This document shows positions 48,114 to 59,300 of a DNA stretch of 64,000 nucleotides, in pieces. Every line of letters starts with the position of its first letter. Position 1 is the first letter of the stretch. The translations under genes were made by a program, and so were the position numbers. Source of the stretch: Marsupella aquatica (Eukaryota; Plantae; Marchantiophyta); assembly GCA_973895155.1 (NCBI GenBank), contig OZ316899.1:1511573-1575572 (forward strand). The letters run 5' to 3'. The notes under the pieces are model-generated. The model was not told where the DNA came from. It did not search any database and saw only the letters and a list, made by a program, of their open reading frames with translations.

Positions 48114-48446
48114 ACGTGGGTTCTAGTTCCGGCTTATGGCGTCGGGAGGACCTATCACTGACCTATTTACCAACGTCTGTTGAGCTTGAGTTAGAATGCT
48201 AGACTTGGCAAGTTCTAGATCTTGAGGGGTTACTTACCAAGGTGCTTGGTTGCTTGTCCAGGCAGTGAGGATCGTTGAGTAGCGATTGTGTAGGTGAGCA
48301 AGTGCGGCTTCGTATGGGAGGGGCCGTTGGTGGTGCAAGAGGCACTTGGGTGCTTGCTCGAGGTATTTCGTGGAGGCGTTCAGGCACCAAGGGCACTTAG
48401 GCGCAAGTGCTGGGATTGGTGAGGGCGCTGGGTGGCGAGGTCCACC

Positions 48447-49592
48447 ACTGTGCTTCAAAGCAGAAGCATGAGTGGAATGCAACAATGCAAAGCGAGTTGC
48501 AATCTTTGAGTGACAACAAGACATGGGAGCTGGTGGAGCTTCCAAGAGGTCAACAAGTGGTGGACAGTAAGTGGATTTACAAGTGGATTTACAAGTTGAA
48601 GGACAGTCCTTCAGAGGGTGGAGATAAGATCTACAAGGCATGGCTTGTTGCCAAGGGATTCACTCAGGAGAAAGGAGTGGATTACAATGAGGTCTTTTCA
48701 CCGGTGGCTAAGTATTCCACAATTTGGATCTTGTGTCAGCTTGTTGTGTTTTTTAATCTGGTGATGGATCAGATGGATGTTGTTACTGCTTTTCTCTATG
48801 GCAACTTGGAAGAGATGATCTTCATGAGACAGCCACTAGGCTTTATGAAGAAGGGCCAAGAGAACTTAGTTTGCAGATTGCTCAAGTCCTTGTATGGATT
48901 GAAACAATCTCCCAGACAGTGGAACAAGCGGTTTGATGATTTCATGCTTGCTCAAGATTTTACTAGGATGGTGTATGATCCTTGTGTATATACAAAATCA
49001 GTCAAGAATGATGTGTTTGGTTTCATCATTCTGGTTATTTATGTGGATGACATGCTGATTGTGGCTAAAGATCAATCTGAGGTTGACAGTCTCAAGGCGA
49101 AATTGAGTGCTGAATTCATGATGAAGGATCTTGGTAAGGCCAAGAGGATCTTAGGGATGGAGATTTTTAGGAACTTTGATACTGGATAGTTGTGCTTGAG
49201 TCAAGGCTAGTATTCAAGGAAAGTACTTGCACGATTCAACATGGAAAAATGTAAGCCAGTCAGTATTCCTTTAGCTTCACATTTCAAGTTATCATCAGCT
49301 TTCTCTCCTACGGATGCTGTGGAGAAAGGTTTGATGGCTAAGATTCCTTATGAGAAGGCAGTAGGCAGTTTGATGTATTTGATGACTTGTACTAGGTCTG
49401 ACTTGGCCCTAGCAATGGGCAAGGTTAGCAGATTCATGTCAAATCTAGGGAAGGTACATTGGGAAGCTGTGAAATGGATTCTCAGGTATCTCAAGGGTAC
49501 ACAGGACTATGGATTACTATTTGATAACAGATCAGATAGAACGTTAGTTGGCTATGTAGATTCTGACTATGGAGGCTATCTGGATACAAGGA
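48447..49592 (+). pseudogene. pol: Ty1/copia RT fragment, same family as 11577-13564
   Basis: MQSELQSL, KWIYK, AWLVAKGFTQ, YVDDML, YEKAVGSLMYL, GYVDSDYGG. Ends at the CACTA motif; start is approximate. Confidence 0.9.
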
Positions 49593-50000
49593 CACTAGAA
49601 GGAAATTGGGTTTTTACAACTATGTCCTTTTTTACTCCTGGTCGGAAACAACTCTTAAGCAATCCCAACAACTGTGTTTTCAAAGAGTGGTATCTGGCTT
49701 GTAAAAGCAACTAAGTTAGGATAGTTGGTTTTTAAGCAAAGATGAGCTTTACCACTGCAATAGAAAGAATAACTCATTTGTTTTATTTGAGTGACTAAGG
49801 ACAATTTAAAAAACTACTCTAATTAGAGATGAAGAGGATTCTAGTTGTTTAAGGTAGTTTTGTAGTTGTTTGGGTGACGGTGGCTAATGACTATGACACA
49901 TAGAGTTATATGGGACAACGGTGAGAAAGGACTGGCCCAACAGAAACCTTGAGACATCAGTGTTTTCCATTAAAAGACTTGGTCAGGAACATATAGTTGT
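49593..50000. repeat. CACTA terminus and subterminal repeats
   Basis: About 8 CAACT/AGTTG-type motifs in both orientations, including the inverted pair CAACTA-agttagga-TAGTTG near 49709-49728. Confidence 0.65.
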
Positions 50001-50384
50001 ACACTACTATCTTGAGCAGCTGCTATATATTTGCTGAACAAATATATGTTGGACCATTTGTAGTTTGATTTGGCCTACAAATCATTTCTTAGTAGCAACC
50101 AGGGTAGCAAGCTCTTTACGCAGTTAAATGTGGATTTGCATGGGCCAGTTGGTAATGAGCACGGAACTACTACAATGCAAGCTCTGCGGGTGGGAGTATA
50201 AATATTCTGGTGGAAATACAATCTTGCAAAGGATCGCAAGAGAGTTTGCTGGTTACTCAACCATAAGTAGACTTCATCTTGTACAACGTGTGAGTACAAA
50301 TAAACATTGAAATTGTTTTAATTTTACAAAATGTATTACAATGTGCAGTGCAACAACACTGCCAAGTTAGATCCTCAAAAGTTC

Positions 50385-51134
50385 TTATAAATTCCTATGT
50401 AGACCTTCTATCGGCACATGACCCAGTAACCAGTTCTCTGCTTCTTCTATAAGCCTAAAAGACTTGTGTTTATTGCCACTAAAACCTGAGACTTCGCGCT
50501 CTGCTTCTTCCCAACATTCATAGATACCAGGATTCCGGCCTTTCCCCACTGCATACCACCGTTTCCTACTATGCAAGGAGGGATGATTGCATCTAAAATA
50601 TAATACATCAAAGCTTGGATCAATCTGATGCTGGCCATGCCCTGAAACTTGAGCTGCCTGCCCATGCTCATACAGTAGACGTTGCTCTCTCACTATCGGT
50701 TGCTGAGCTGGAATTTGAGCTGGCTGGCTATGGTGCTCATATACAGGATGCATCCATTGCTGCTCTCCATGCTCATCTTTTGGATTCTTAGCAGGATGAG
50801 GGCTGGAACTATGTCCTTCTGGTTGAGGACGAGCAACAGTAGTGAGATTCTCAACAGGCTGGGGGCTGAAATCAGGACCTTCTGGTTGAGGACGAGCAAC
50901 AACAGTGAGATTACCAACAGACTGAGGGCTGAAATCAGGAACTTCTGGTTGAGGACGAGCAACAGCAATGAGACGCTCAAGCAGCTCATGCAAAAAGCGG
51001 AAAAACTCGCTCAGTAGTCCAAGGCAAGACCAAAACAGGCCGTCACAAACTAAGGCCACAGCTGACCACAAAATTGCACCAAAAGCTTGCCTACAGGTGC
51101 TCCATGCATCCTCCAACTTTGCCTCTATTGTCAT
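50385..51134 (-). CDS. 249 aa protein: hydrophobic N-terminus, three 21 aa repeats, C-terminal RNase H1 N-terminal (Cauli_VI / hybrid-binding) domain
   Basis: WYAVGKGRNPGIYECWEEAEREVSGFSGNKHKSFRLIEEAENWL fits the YAVxxGRxPGIYxxWxEA...VxGF...HKSF..EEA consensus. 63 bp tandem repeats at about 50810-50975; candidate 80 nt intron 51215-51136 just before the ATG. Confidence 0.75.
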   Translation of the reverse strand: MTIEAKLEDAWSTCRQAFGAILWSAVALVCDGLFWSCLGLLSEFFRFLHELLERLIAVARPQPEVPDFSPQSVGNLTVVARPQPEGPDFSPQPVENLTTVARPQPEGHSSSPHPAKNPKDEHGEQQWMHPVYEHHSQPAQIPAQQPIVREQRLLYEHGQAAQVSGHGQHQIDPSFDVLYFRCNHPSLHSRKRWYAVGKGRNPGIYECWEEAEREVSGFSGNKHKSFRLIEEAENWLLGHVPIEGLHRNL

Positions 51135-53505
51135 ACTGCAAGCGGACTCAGTTACTAGCTTAGTCTCCCGTTTGCTTGCAAAGGATCGATGATGTACCCT
51201 AGCGAGGAAACTTACCTGAGAAAGCCACAAAAATATTGTGAATTAGTTGTGACTCAATGTATAACAATCAGCCCTAAGGGATATAGAAGAATACAAAGTG
51301 ACTCTGAAAGCACGTGGACCCCTCAACGACAAGCATGATCTTAATTTGACAAAACCTTGTTGCAGATTTCTTTGTGGTGAAGACATCAACAACATCAATG
51401 AACGGCTCAAAGCAGCTTTTCTTAAATTGTTGCAATTGGTCATTATTTTCTTAATCAAATGAGAAGCTGCAAACTTTGCAATGCAGTCCGATCGGGCTTT
51501 GATCAGCAACATACTACCATGCCGGGCGTGCTGAAATAACAATTGAAGAATAACATTTGTGACCAACTAATTAATAAAAGTAGAGTCTAATGGCTGATTG
51601 CCCTCGACAAATCACTGCAATCTTCTTGTTGACAGTGCAATGGGGTTCTCCCCAACTCAATTGCAAACTCTGGATAGTAACGGACACAGGTGCTACGAGA
51701 TATTACAATGCATATGAAGTAGCTAGGTTGAGTCGCCAAGGAACGAAAGGCAAAACTGACAAACTGAACGCTTGTCTGAGTAAGCAGACAATAGATCCAA
51801 TTAATTATAGGTGAACAAATAATGAGACTTACCGGAGAGATAGTATTAAGTAGATAGTCCAGCCACTCGCCACCACACTTTCTTCCAAAACCGTGCAATG
51901 TATGAGAGACCACCAAGCTAGTCTAACCAGGAACACAAAGAGCTAGTAGATGATGACAGATACAAAGATAGGGAATACAAAGTCTTCCTGTCGCTTTCCT
52001 CTCCATGGAAGCGGACGAAAGTTGGATGTCGGCCTCAACAATTCCAGCAGCTTGAATCAAACTTTTTGTTCCTCTCTGCTATCCTAATGGCCTCCTGCCT
52101 GCCCTCCACCAGGTTTCCCAGCAATCGTCTTAACCTCACACTCATCCCCTTACGTAGCCTACCTATAGCCTACCTGTGCGCGACCAAATTAAATTCCTCC
52201 TTCGTAAGAAACAACACTTGTAAAAATATTCCAAATTTCCAGACTGTCAACCCTATGACCTGGCCTCACATTGTATATGCAAGAGAAATCACCCTGTGAC
52301 CCGTCCCTCCCAATTGCAACCATCCCATACAGCCATGAAATTATTCCATCTGCAAACCCTAAACTGTCTTAGCTAAGGTGCAATTCGCATCTAATGAAGG
52401 TCATCACTTCTCAGTGGCTTCCTATTGCGATTGCCCGCCTTCTTGAAATGAGAAATGTAGTGACAGCATTCAAGAGAAGAGCTGATGATGATGGTTGTGG
52501 GCGTGGCGAACTAGGAAGTTGACGGCCTCGCAGCTCGCGAGGGCGGTGAGTGATTGACCTTTTGTCAAGAAACTGAGCCCTCCATTTGTGCCAAGCCAGA
52601 GTGATCACTAAGATTTGAAAGAATTGCTTCGAGTAAGCTTGACGTCAATCCGTCCTTCGTATTGCTTCGAGTAAGAATTGCTTCGAGTAAGCATTGATCC
52701 GTGCCAAAGAAAACTGCCGCTTGCGCCTTGACGGAACTCTTGAAGTCAGATTTTCTTTCCCCCTCCCTTCCTTGCTTCCCTTCCACCTCCCTTCCTCTCG
52801 CGTGCTCACTCACTAATGCCGATGAACCGCTATAGGAAATCCGCTATGCTACAAAACTGTACTCGATTTCAACAAGAGTCCTATGGCAGCAGCTTGCGCT
52901 TGTGGTTTACAGCTTGCGGGTGTGTGTCGTCCCCTCTGCTCGCGTTTCAGGATTCACTCAAAAGGAATGCAAGGGGAGTGCATTCTGGAAAACTGGCAAA
53001 GGAGTGCATTCTGGCAAAGTCTTCTCGTAGCGAGAATTCCTCTTCTTGAACTAAACTTAACGCGCAGCACCAGTGACTACACCAATGCTAGAAGCAGACA
53101 ATGTATGTTTAAACTGCTTAACTGGCACACAAACTTACGTTGATCCAAAGGTTCTTACCTTAGACTAGGGACATAGAAGCATATACACCCAAAGTAAATA
53201 TTTCTCAATTAATCTCTACAGAACAAATCTGAATAAAAAGAATGTAGTTTGATACGGTGGTTGGACATTGCTACCTCCCAACTCTACCACAAATTAATTA
53301 ATTTAAATGTTATCCGTTTGGCACTTAGTCTTGCGCGAGACAATCTTTAGTTCTTGCTTAAAATGAATTAATTTAATATCACTAAGGGGCTGACGTGGAG
53401 GAGTGAAGAAGCATGCAGCTGTTAGTTATAACCAAAAAACTTGCACACATACACTATTTGCATCTCATCTACTCAAATTAGATTGTCAAAATAATATGTC
53501 ACACG

Positions 53506-54562
53506 TCTTAGCTTGGGTCTTTGCAACTCGAAGAACCCACTTAGAATCAGGTGCTTTGAGATGACAAGAATTAAAGCACTGCTTTATACCACTCTCATTG
53601 CAGTGGTGCGAGCCATGTTTTATAAAACCACTAAGAGGTCTGAGTGGTTTCACCAGTGGTACATGGTAGGGTCACCCACTAACTCTATTTCTCCAATTCC
53701 ACAAACTCTTGGAGTGATGTTGCTAAAGGTGGTGGAAGGAGTTGCTCAACGTCTATGTGCCCCAAAACTTAGCACCTTTTGATTTCTTGTGTGATGGGGT
53801 GGGTGGTTTTGCTCAAACTGGGAGGCCATTGTGTTAGAGCTGTCCTTCAGGAGCAATGTGACGGAGCTAAGTTGGAGGAATGAGGAAGGCTACAACCAAA
53901 AATCATGAGCCTACCATTGGCACCCCATGTTCTAAAATTATAAATACAATGTGCCAGCCCTCTTAGCCTGGGTCTTTGCAACTTGAAGAACCCACTCAGA
54001 ATCCACTCATAATCAGGTGCTTTGAGATGACAAGAATTAAAGCACTGCTTATACCACTCTCATTGCAGTGGTGCGAGCCATGTTTTATAAAACCACTAAG
54101 AGGTCTGAGTGGTTTCACCAGTGGTACATGGTAGGGTCACCCACTAACTCTATTTCTCCAATTCCACAAACTCTTGGAGTGATGTTGCTAAAGGTGGTGG
54201 AAGGAGTTGCTCAACTTCTATGTGCCCCAAAACTTAGCACCTTTTGATTTCTTGTGTGATGGGGTGGGTGGTTTTGCTCAAACTGGGAGGCCATTGTGTT
54301 AGAGCTGTCCTTCAGGAGCAATGTGACGGAGCTAAGTTGGAGGAATGAGGAAGGCTACAACCAAAAATCATGAGCCTACCATTGGCACCCCATGTTCTAA
54401 AATTATAAATACAATGTGCCAGCCCTCTTAGCCTGGGTCTTTGCAACTTGAAGAACCCACTCAGAATCCACTCATAATCAGGTGCTTTGAGATGACAAGA
54501 ATTAAAGCACTGCTTATACCACTCTCATTGCAGTGGTGCGAGCCGTGTTTTATAAAACCACT
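53506..54562. repeat. Tandem repeat, about 2.3 copies of a 455-465 bp unit
   Basis: CTTAGCyTGGGTCTTTGCAAC recurs at 53507, 53962 and 54427 with near-identical units. Confidence 0.93.
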
Positions 54563-56315
54563 GAATCACCCAAGTGGTTTGAGACTGGTGGGTGCTGAAT
54601 GGTGTTTGACCGTAAATTTCAGAATCCCCAGGCCAGGCTAAAATTCAGTACCTAGTCAATACTAATTATTTTAATCTATCTGACCCTTTCTTAAGACCGG
54701 GGCACTTTACAAAAAGGGGTGGACGAAAAGAGAGGTAGCTTGCGTTCTAACATACTTGATCCACAGGTCAATTTGGACTATCGTCTGACCGGCCAGAAAG
54801 GTAGTGCATTTAATATTGTACCATCTTCACCCTATACTTTCCATTTTTGAATCTGGCTATAATATCCAACAAAAGAGTGTTAGCTTTGTCACACTTTTCT
54901 AGCTAAGATGTTGCCAGTAGTTTGGCCAAAATGGGTATGGGTATGGTTAATTGACATCAAATTATTACATGATAGATGGCCCTTTTGACTTTGGAAGAAG
55001 CTTTGGAAATGAGTTATGTAAAACACTCAAAGGGTTAATTTTGATAGTGGAGTTTAGTTGTAGACTTTGTAGGGGACTACTTAAGGAGTAGGGGTTCACT
55101 TTCTAGTGAATAAATATCTTAGGATATAGAGGGAATTTATTATGAATTTGAGGTAAGAGTGAAGGACCTCCACTAATATTGTTGTCTTAGGGTAATGTCA
55201 ATGGTAATTAAATGAGAAGTTGATTTATTGGGAGGGCGGGTCCCACTCTGCAGTAAGATCTCTACTCCCGCCCGGCTCCGCGCGGCACAGAGTCTTTACA
55301 TTTGTTTGCATCATTTTGGTTTCAGTTTCTCGACTCTTTGCCTTAGGCTCATTCTTGCATTCTTAGTTTGATCTGTAGTGCCCGTCGCAAGTCTCACCCT
55401 GAACCGCCTCACGTCTTGGCTTAATCGTTGGTGAACTCATTCTTCAAATGTTGGACGGATTTGCATGATAGAATCAAAGTTTGGAGTGGGACAGACAAGG
55501 TGATCATACCGCCCGCTTTGGAAGTTGTAAACTCGGTGATTTCCAGGACCTCAGCAAGAAAGGAAATCGAGGTTGCCATCTATTTGAATTGTTGTGGTGC
55601 TGAAGTAGAGTCAGCAGACGAATCAGTGACTTGCAGCAAGACTGCAGGAGCAACAACTTATTCATTGCTCAGGTTTTTAGTCGCAACCCTGTTAACTTCA
55701 CCGCCCTCGCAGTCGCAACCCTGTTAACTTCTGTTGTCGCTTGGTCAATGCGTGTCAAGTTTCTTTAACTTCTTGTTGTGGTCTATTCGCGTGTAAGTCT
55801 GTCATCCTGGACTCGAAGCAGAGTTAGATGGAGTAGTACTGCTTTGGACCATGGCTGATGGATGTCATTTCATGCTGTCTGTCCGTGACCTTGAAGGTGT
55901 GAGGGGTTTACGATGCAAGCTCCTTGGTTTGAAGACTTCAAGATTCTCCTCGACTCAGCAGGTATCAACGCCTTTGGTTTCTTTTTATTGCATGTGATGC
56001 CATGGATTTAAATTCTGTATCATCTCCTAGAAGTGGTTCAATCACTGCCAGTTACACGAGAAGGTTAGCATGAAGTGAGAATGTGACAATGAATATAATC
56101 GTGAGTACGTGCTACTCTCCATATACAGCGAAAATGATGAGAGGGAATGAAACACTATGTTCAAATTTGAACTTGGCAATGTGCAGTCCCACTTACATGA
56201 TCAAATTGAAGCAAAAATTCAGTAGCTTCGTCGCGCTGATTCAACTTTGAGGTGTGTTGTACTGCATGTCATTGTGGTCCGGTAAGGTGAGAGTCTTTTA
56301 AGTTTATTGGCAAAG

Positions 56316-59300
56316 ATGAGTGCCAATCGTGTAGGCTTTGGACAGTCTCGGCTATTCATAGACTTCCGAAGGAGTGATCTTCAGTTGCATATTAGGGATG
56401 ACAAATTATGGCGTCGACAACTGGCTGCTTGTAGGTCTACAAGTATAGGGAAGATAAAGTGCCCTTGCACCATTTGCAACTATAGGGGTAACCGTGTGAG
56501 TGTTCACACAGTCAAGAAGCACCTGTTACTGTACTCCCGACATCCATCTCAGCGACATTGGTGGGGGGATGAATGTGACACATCAGATGAGGAGTGGAAT
56601 GAACACTTATGCGAGGTCAATCCTCCATCAGAGGGTAGCAATATAGATACTGGAGCTATAGGAGGGTCTGTCATTGATGTAACCTGTGATATGGAAATTC
56701 CCCGATTGTTGGAGGATTTGGCATTGCCAGTGGAAAACCATCCAAGTGATCCTGTAGATGAAAGTCCTTCGAGGGAAAATCCAGAGAGAAGTGGGGAAGA
56801 GATGTTTAATATGGATGAGCTCTTGGAGTCCACAACTTCCACACCTCAGGAGCAGACTAGTCGAGAGGAGTGTTGGGATCAAGAGTCAGAAGAAAGAATG
56901 ATGAATGCCTTTACAGAGGCATGTGCGCCTCTATATGAGGGGTGCAATACTTCCCAGCTGTCCTTTGTATTGACCTTTCTGAACACCTGCCATAACAACG
57001 GGTTTACTAACTCAGGTGTTGATGAGCTTCTTTCCTTGATGGCAAAACACACTATGCCATCAAAGCATTTGCTTCCTAAGAATCTGTACGCATGTAAGAA
57101 GCTCATTGGTCATCTTGGATTAGATTATGTCAAAATCCATGCTTGTGAGGATGGGTGTGTTTTGTTCAGAAAGGATTTATTAGAGTGCGATCACTGTCCA
57201 ACCTGCAAAAAACCTAGGTACAAGCAGGTTGGGCAGTCAAAGCAGGCAGTCAAAGTTCTCCGTCACTTTCCCCTCATACCAAGACTGAGACGCATGTATA
57301 GATGTAAAGCCATTTCGGAGCTCATGACCTGGCATGCAGACAATAAGAGCAAGGATGGAAAGGTCCGTCACGTAGCAGATTCAAGGGCTTGGGCAGAAAT
57401 TGAAGCTAATATAGATGATACTTTTGAGAGTGAGCCACGGAATGTTCATCTTGGATTAGCCTTGGATGGTGTAAACCCGTTTGGTGAGAACAATCTAAAG
57501 CATTCCACATGGCCCGTAATGTTATTAAATTACAATTTACCTCCCTGGTTGTCTACTAAGAAGTTTTTTATTATGCTGTCTTTACTGATTCCTGGACCTG
57601 AATCTGTAACTGATCGTAACATAGATATCTACATGGCCCCACTAATAGAAGAGCTTTCAGAGCTCTGGAAAGGAGTCAAGTGCTTTGATGCACTAGATAG
57701 GCCGGGTAAACAAAAGTGGTTTACACTGAGGGCCATTCTATTATGGACAGTGAATGACTATCCAGCTTTGGGCCTCATTTCTGGTCAAGTGACCAAAGGA
57801 TACCATGGTTGTGTAGTGTGTGGACCCAATGTCACTTGTAGAAGGTCCCAGTCTCTATCAAAAAATGTGTTCCCTGGAAGCCGTAGATGGCTGGAGGCCA
57901 ATCACAAGTATCGTACTCCTGACTATGCTGCAAAGTTTGATGGAAAGATAGAGTCACGAGGCCCTCCCCCCAGGATGACATGCGAGCTAAAGCTGGCTTA
58001 TGCTGCTGAAGTTGAAGAGTTTCTGAAAAAAGAAGGGGCCAAGCAAGGAAGCAAGCACTGCCCATCAAAGCTCCATGGAGTCAAGAGGAAACAGGGTCTT
58101 GCCGTGCTGCCATATTGGACTGTGAGTTATCACTTTACCTTTTCTTATCTCTCTTATTTAAACTAGTTATCTACAAGACTCTTTCGTGTGGAAGTTTGAA
58201 TTGAACAGCTATTCATCAGTTTTGCTCGAGCACATTCTTGGTCTTTGTGAGGGAACAGGCCCACAGTGTTTAATTACAGTGTGTAATGTGCTAAGTCGCA
58301 TAGATGTTTGGCAATCTCTTAGCTGGCAAGCAGTCTGGCTCTTGGATTGATTGTGGGGGCTGCGAGGACAGGCATCTGTAGAATTGGGTCTTTGCCTAGT
58401 CGGCTCTTCAGTTAGTTCTCCAAGGGTCTCTTACCCCTGCTTTGATGACCTGGTACTTTTTGGGTTTTTAGTATTTGTTTTTGTGTAGGCATGTGCAAAT
58501 GAATGAATCAAACGATTAGAATATATTGTTTTGTTTTAAGATTGTAGTATGCGTAAATTAATGTTTGAACTAGCGAGATATGATTAATAATGCTTTGTAG
58601 TAGTTCTCGATGCTACCTACAACCGTTTGAAGGACTGCCTGCAAAACTTTAGAATCTAAATTAAAATCTAATTCATTCTGATAAGCAGTAAGGGCCTGTC
58701 GTATGATTCCTCCTTTCCTGGTCATCATAGTGCCCTTTCTATTTCTTGTGGTGCCGTCCAAGGCCAGGAACCACGATGTAGAGTCGCTTATCTTACGGGT
58801 CATGTTGCCTCAATCTGCTATCACTACCTGTCCACTTCACTTCCTTGGAAAGACTAAGATAACTTTAAAAACCCATAGAGTTTGCTCAAAACCCTACAAT
58901 TTTGTTACTAACAGAACTGTTTCTTCATTAGTATTCTAAATTGTATTCTAAATTAGTCGACTCTGGCCACTGCAATTGGGACGGGAAAATTTTGGGAAGA
59001 GCCCACTACCAATCGTTGTTTTTTTATTATGGCAGGGGAGCCACAATGGCCAGAGTCAGTTTATTTTTCTTTGTATCCGTCGCCTATGCATTTCGAAGGT
59101 AGATGAATCTATTTGGCCACAAGAAATGACTGGTCAAGACTTTGCTCTCATGTTTATAACTTGTTACTCATGTTCTATTATATCTGGCGCGCAGAAACTT
59201 CTGATCAATCATGTCCTTGATCCAATGCACACGGAGAAAAACATTGCGCATAATCTTATCCACACAACTTCTGGGAAGAAGGACACTGCTGCTGTCCGGA

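Noticed and set aside
55428-55727. 99 aa ORF upstream of the transposase
   Set aside because: No motif; it sits in the probable 5' leader or intron region and ends in a local 19 bp duplication.
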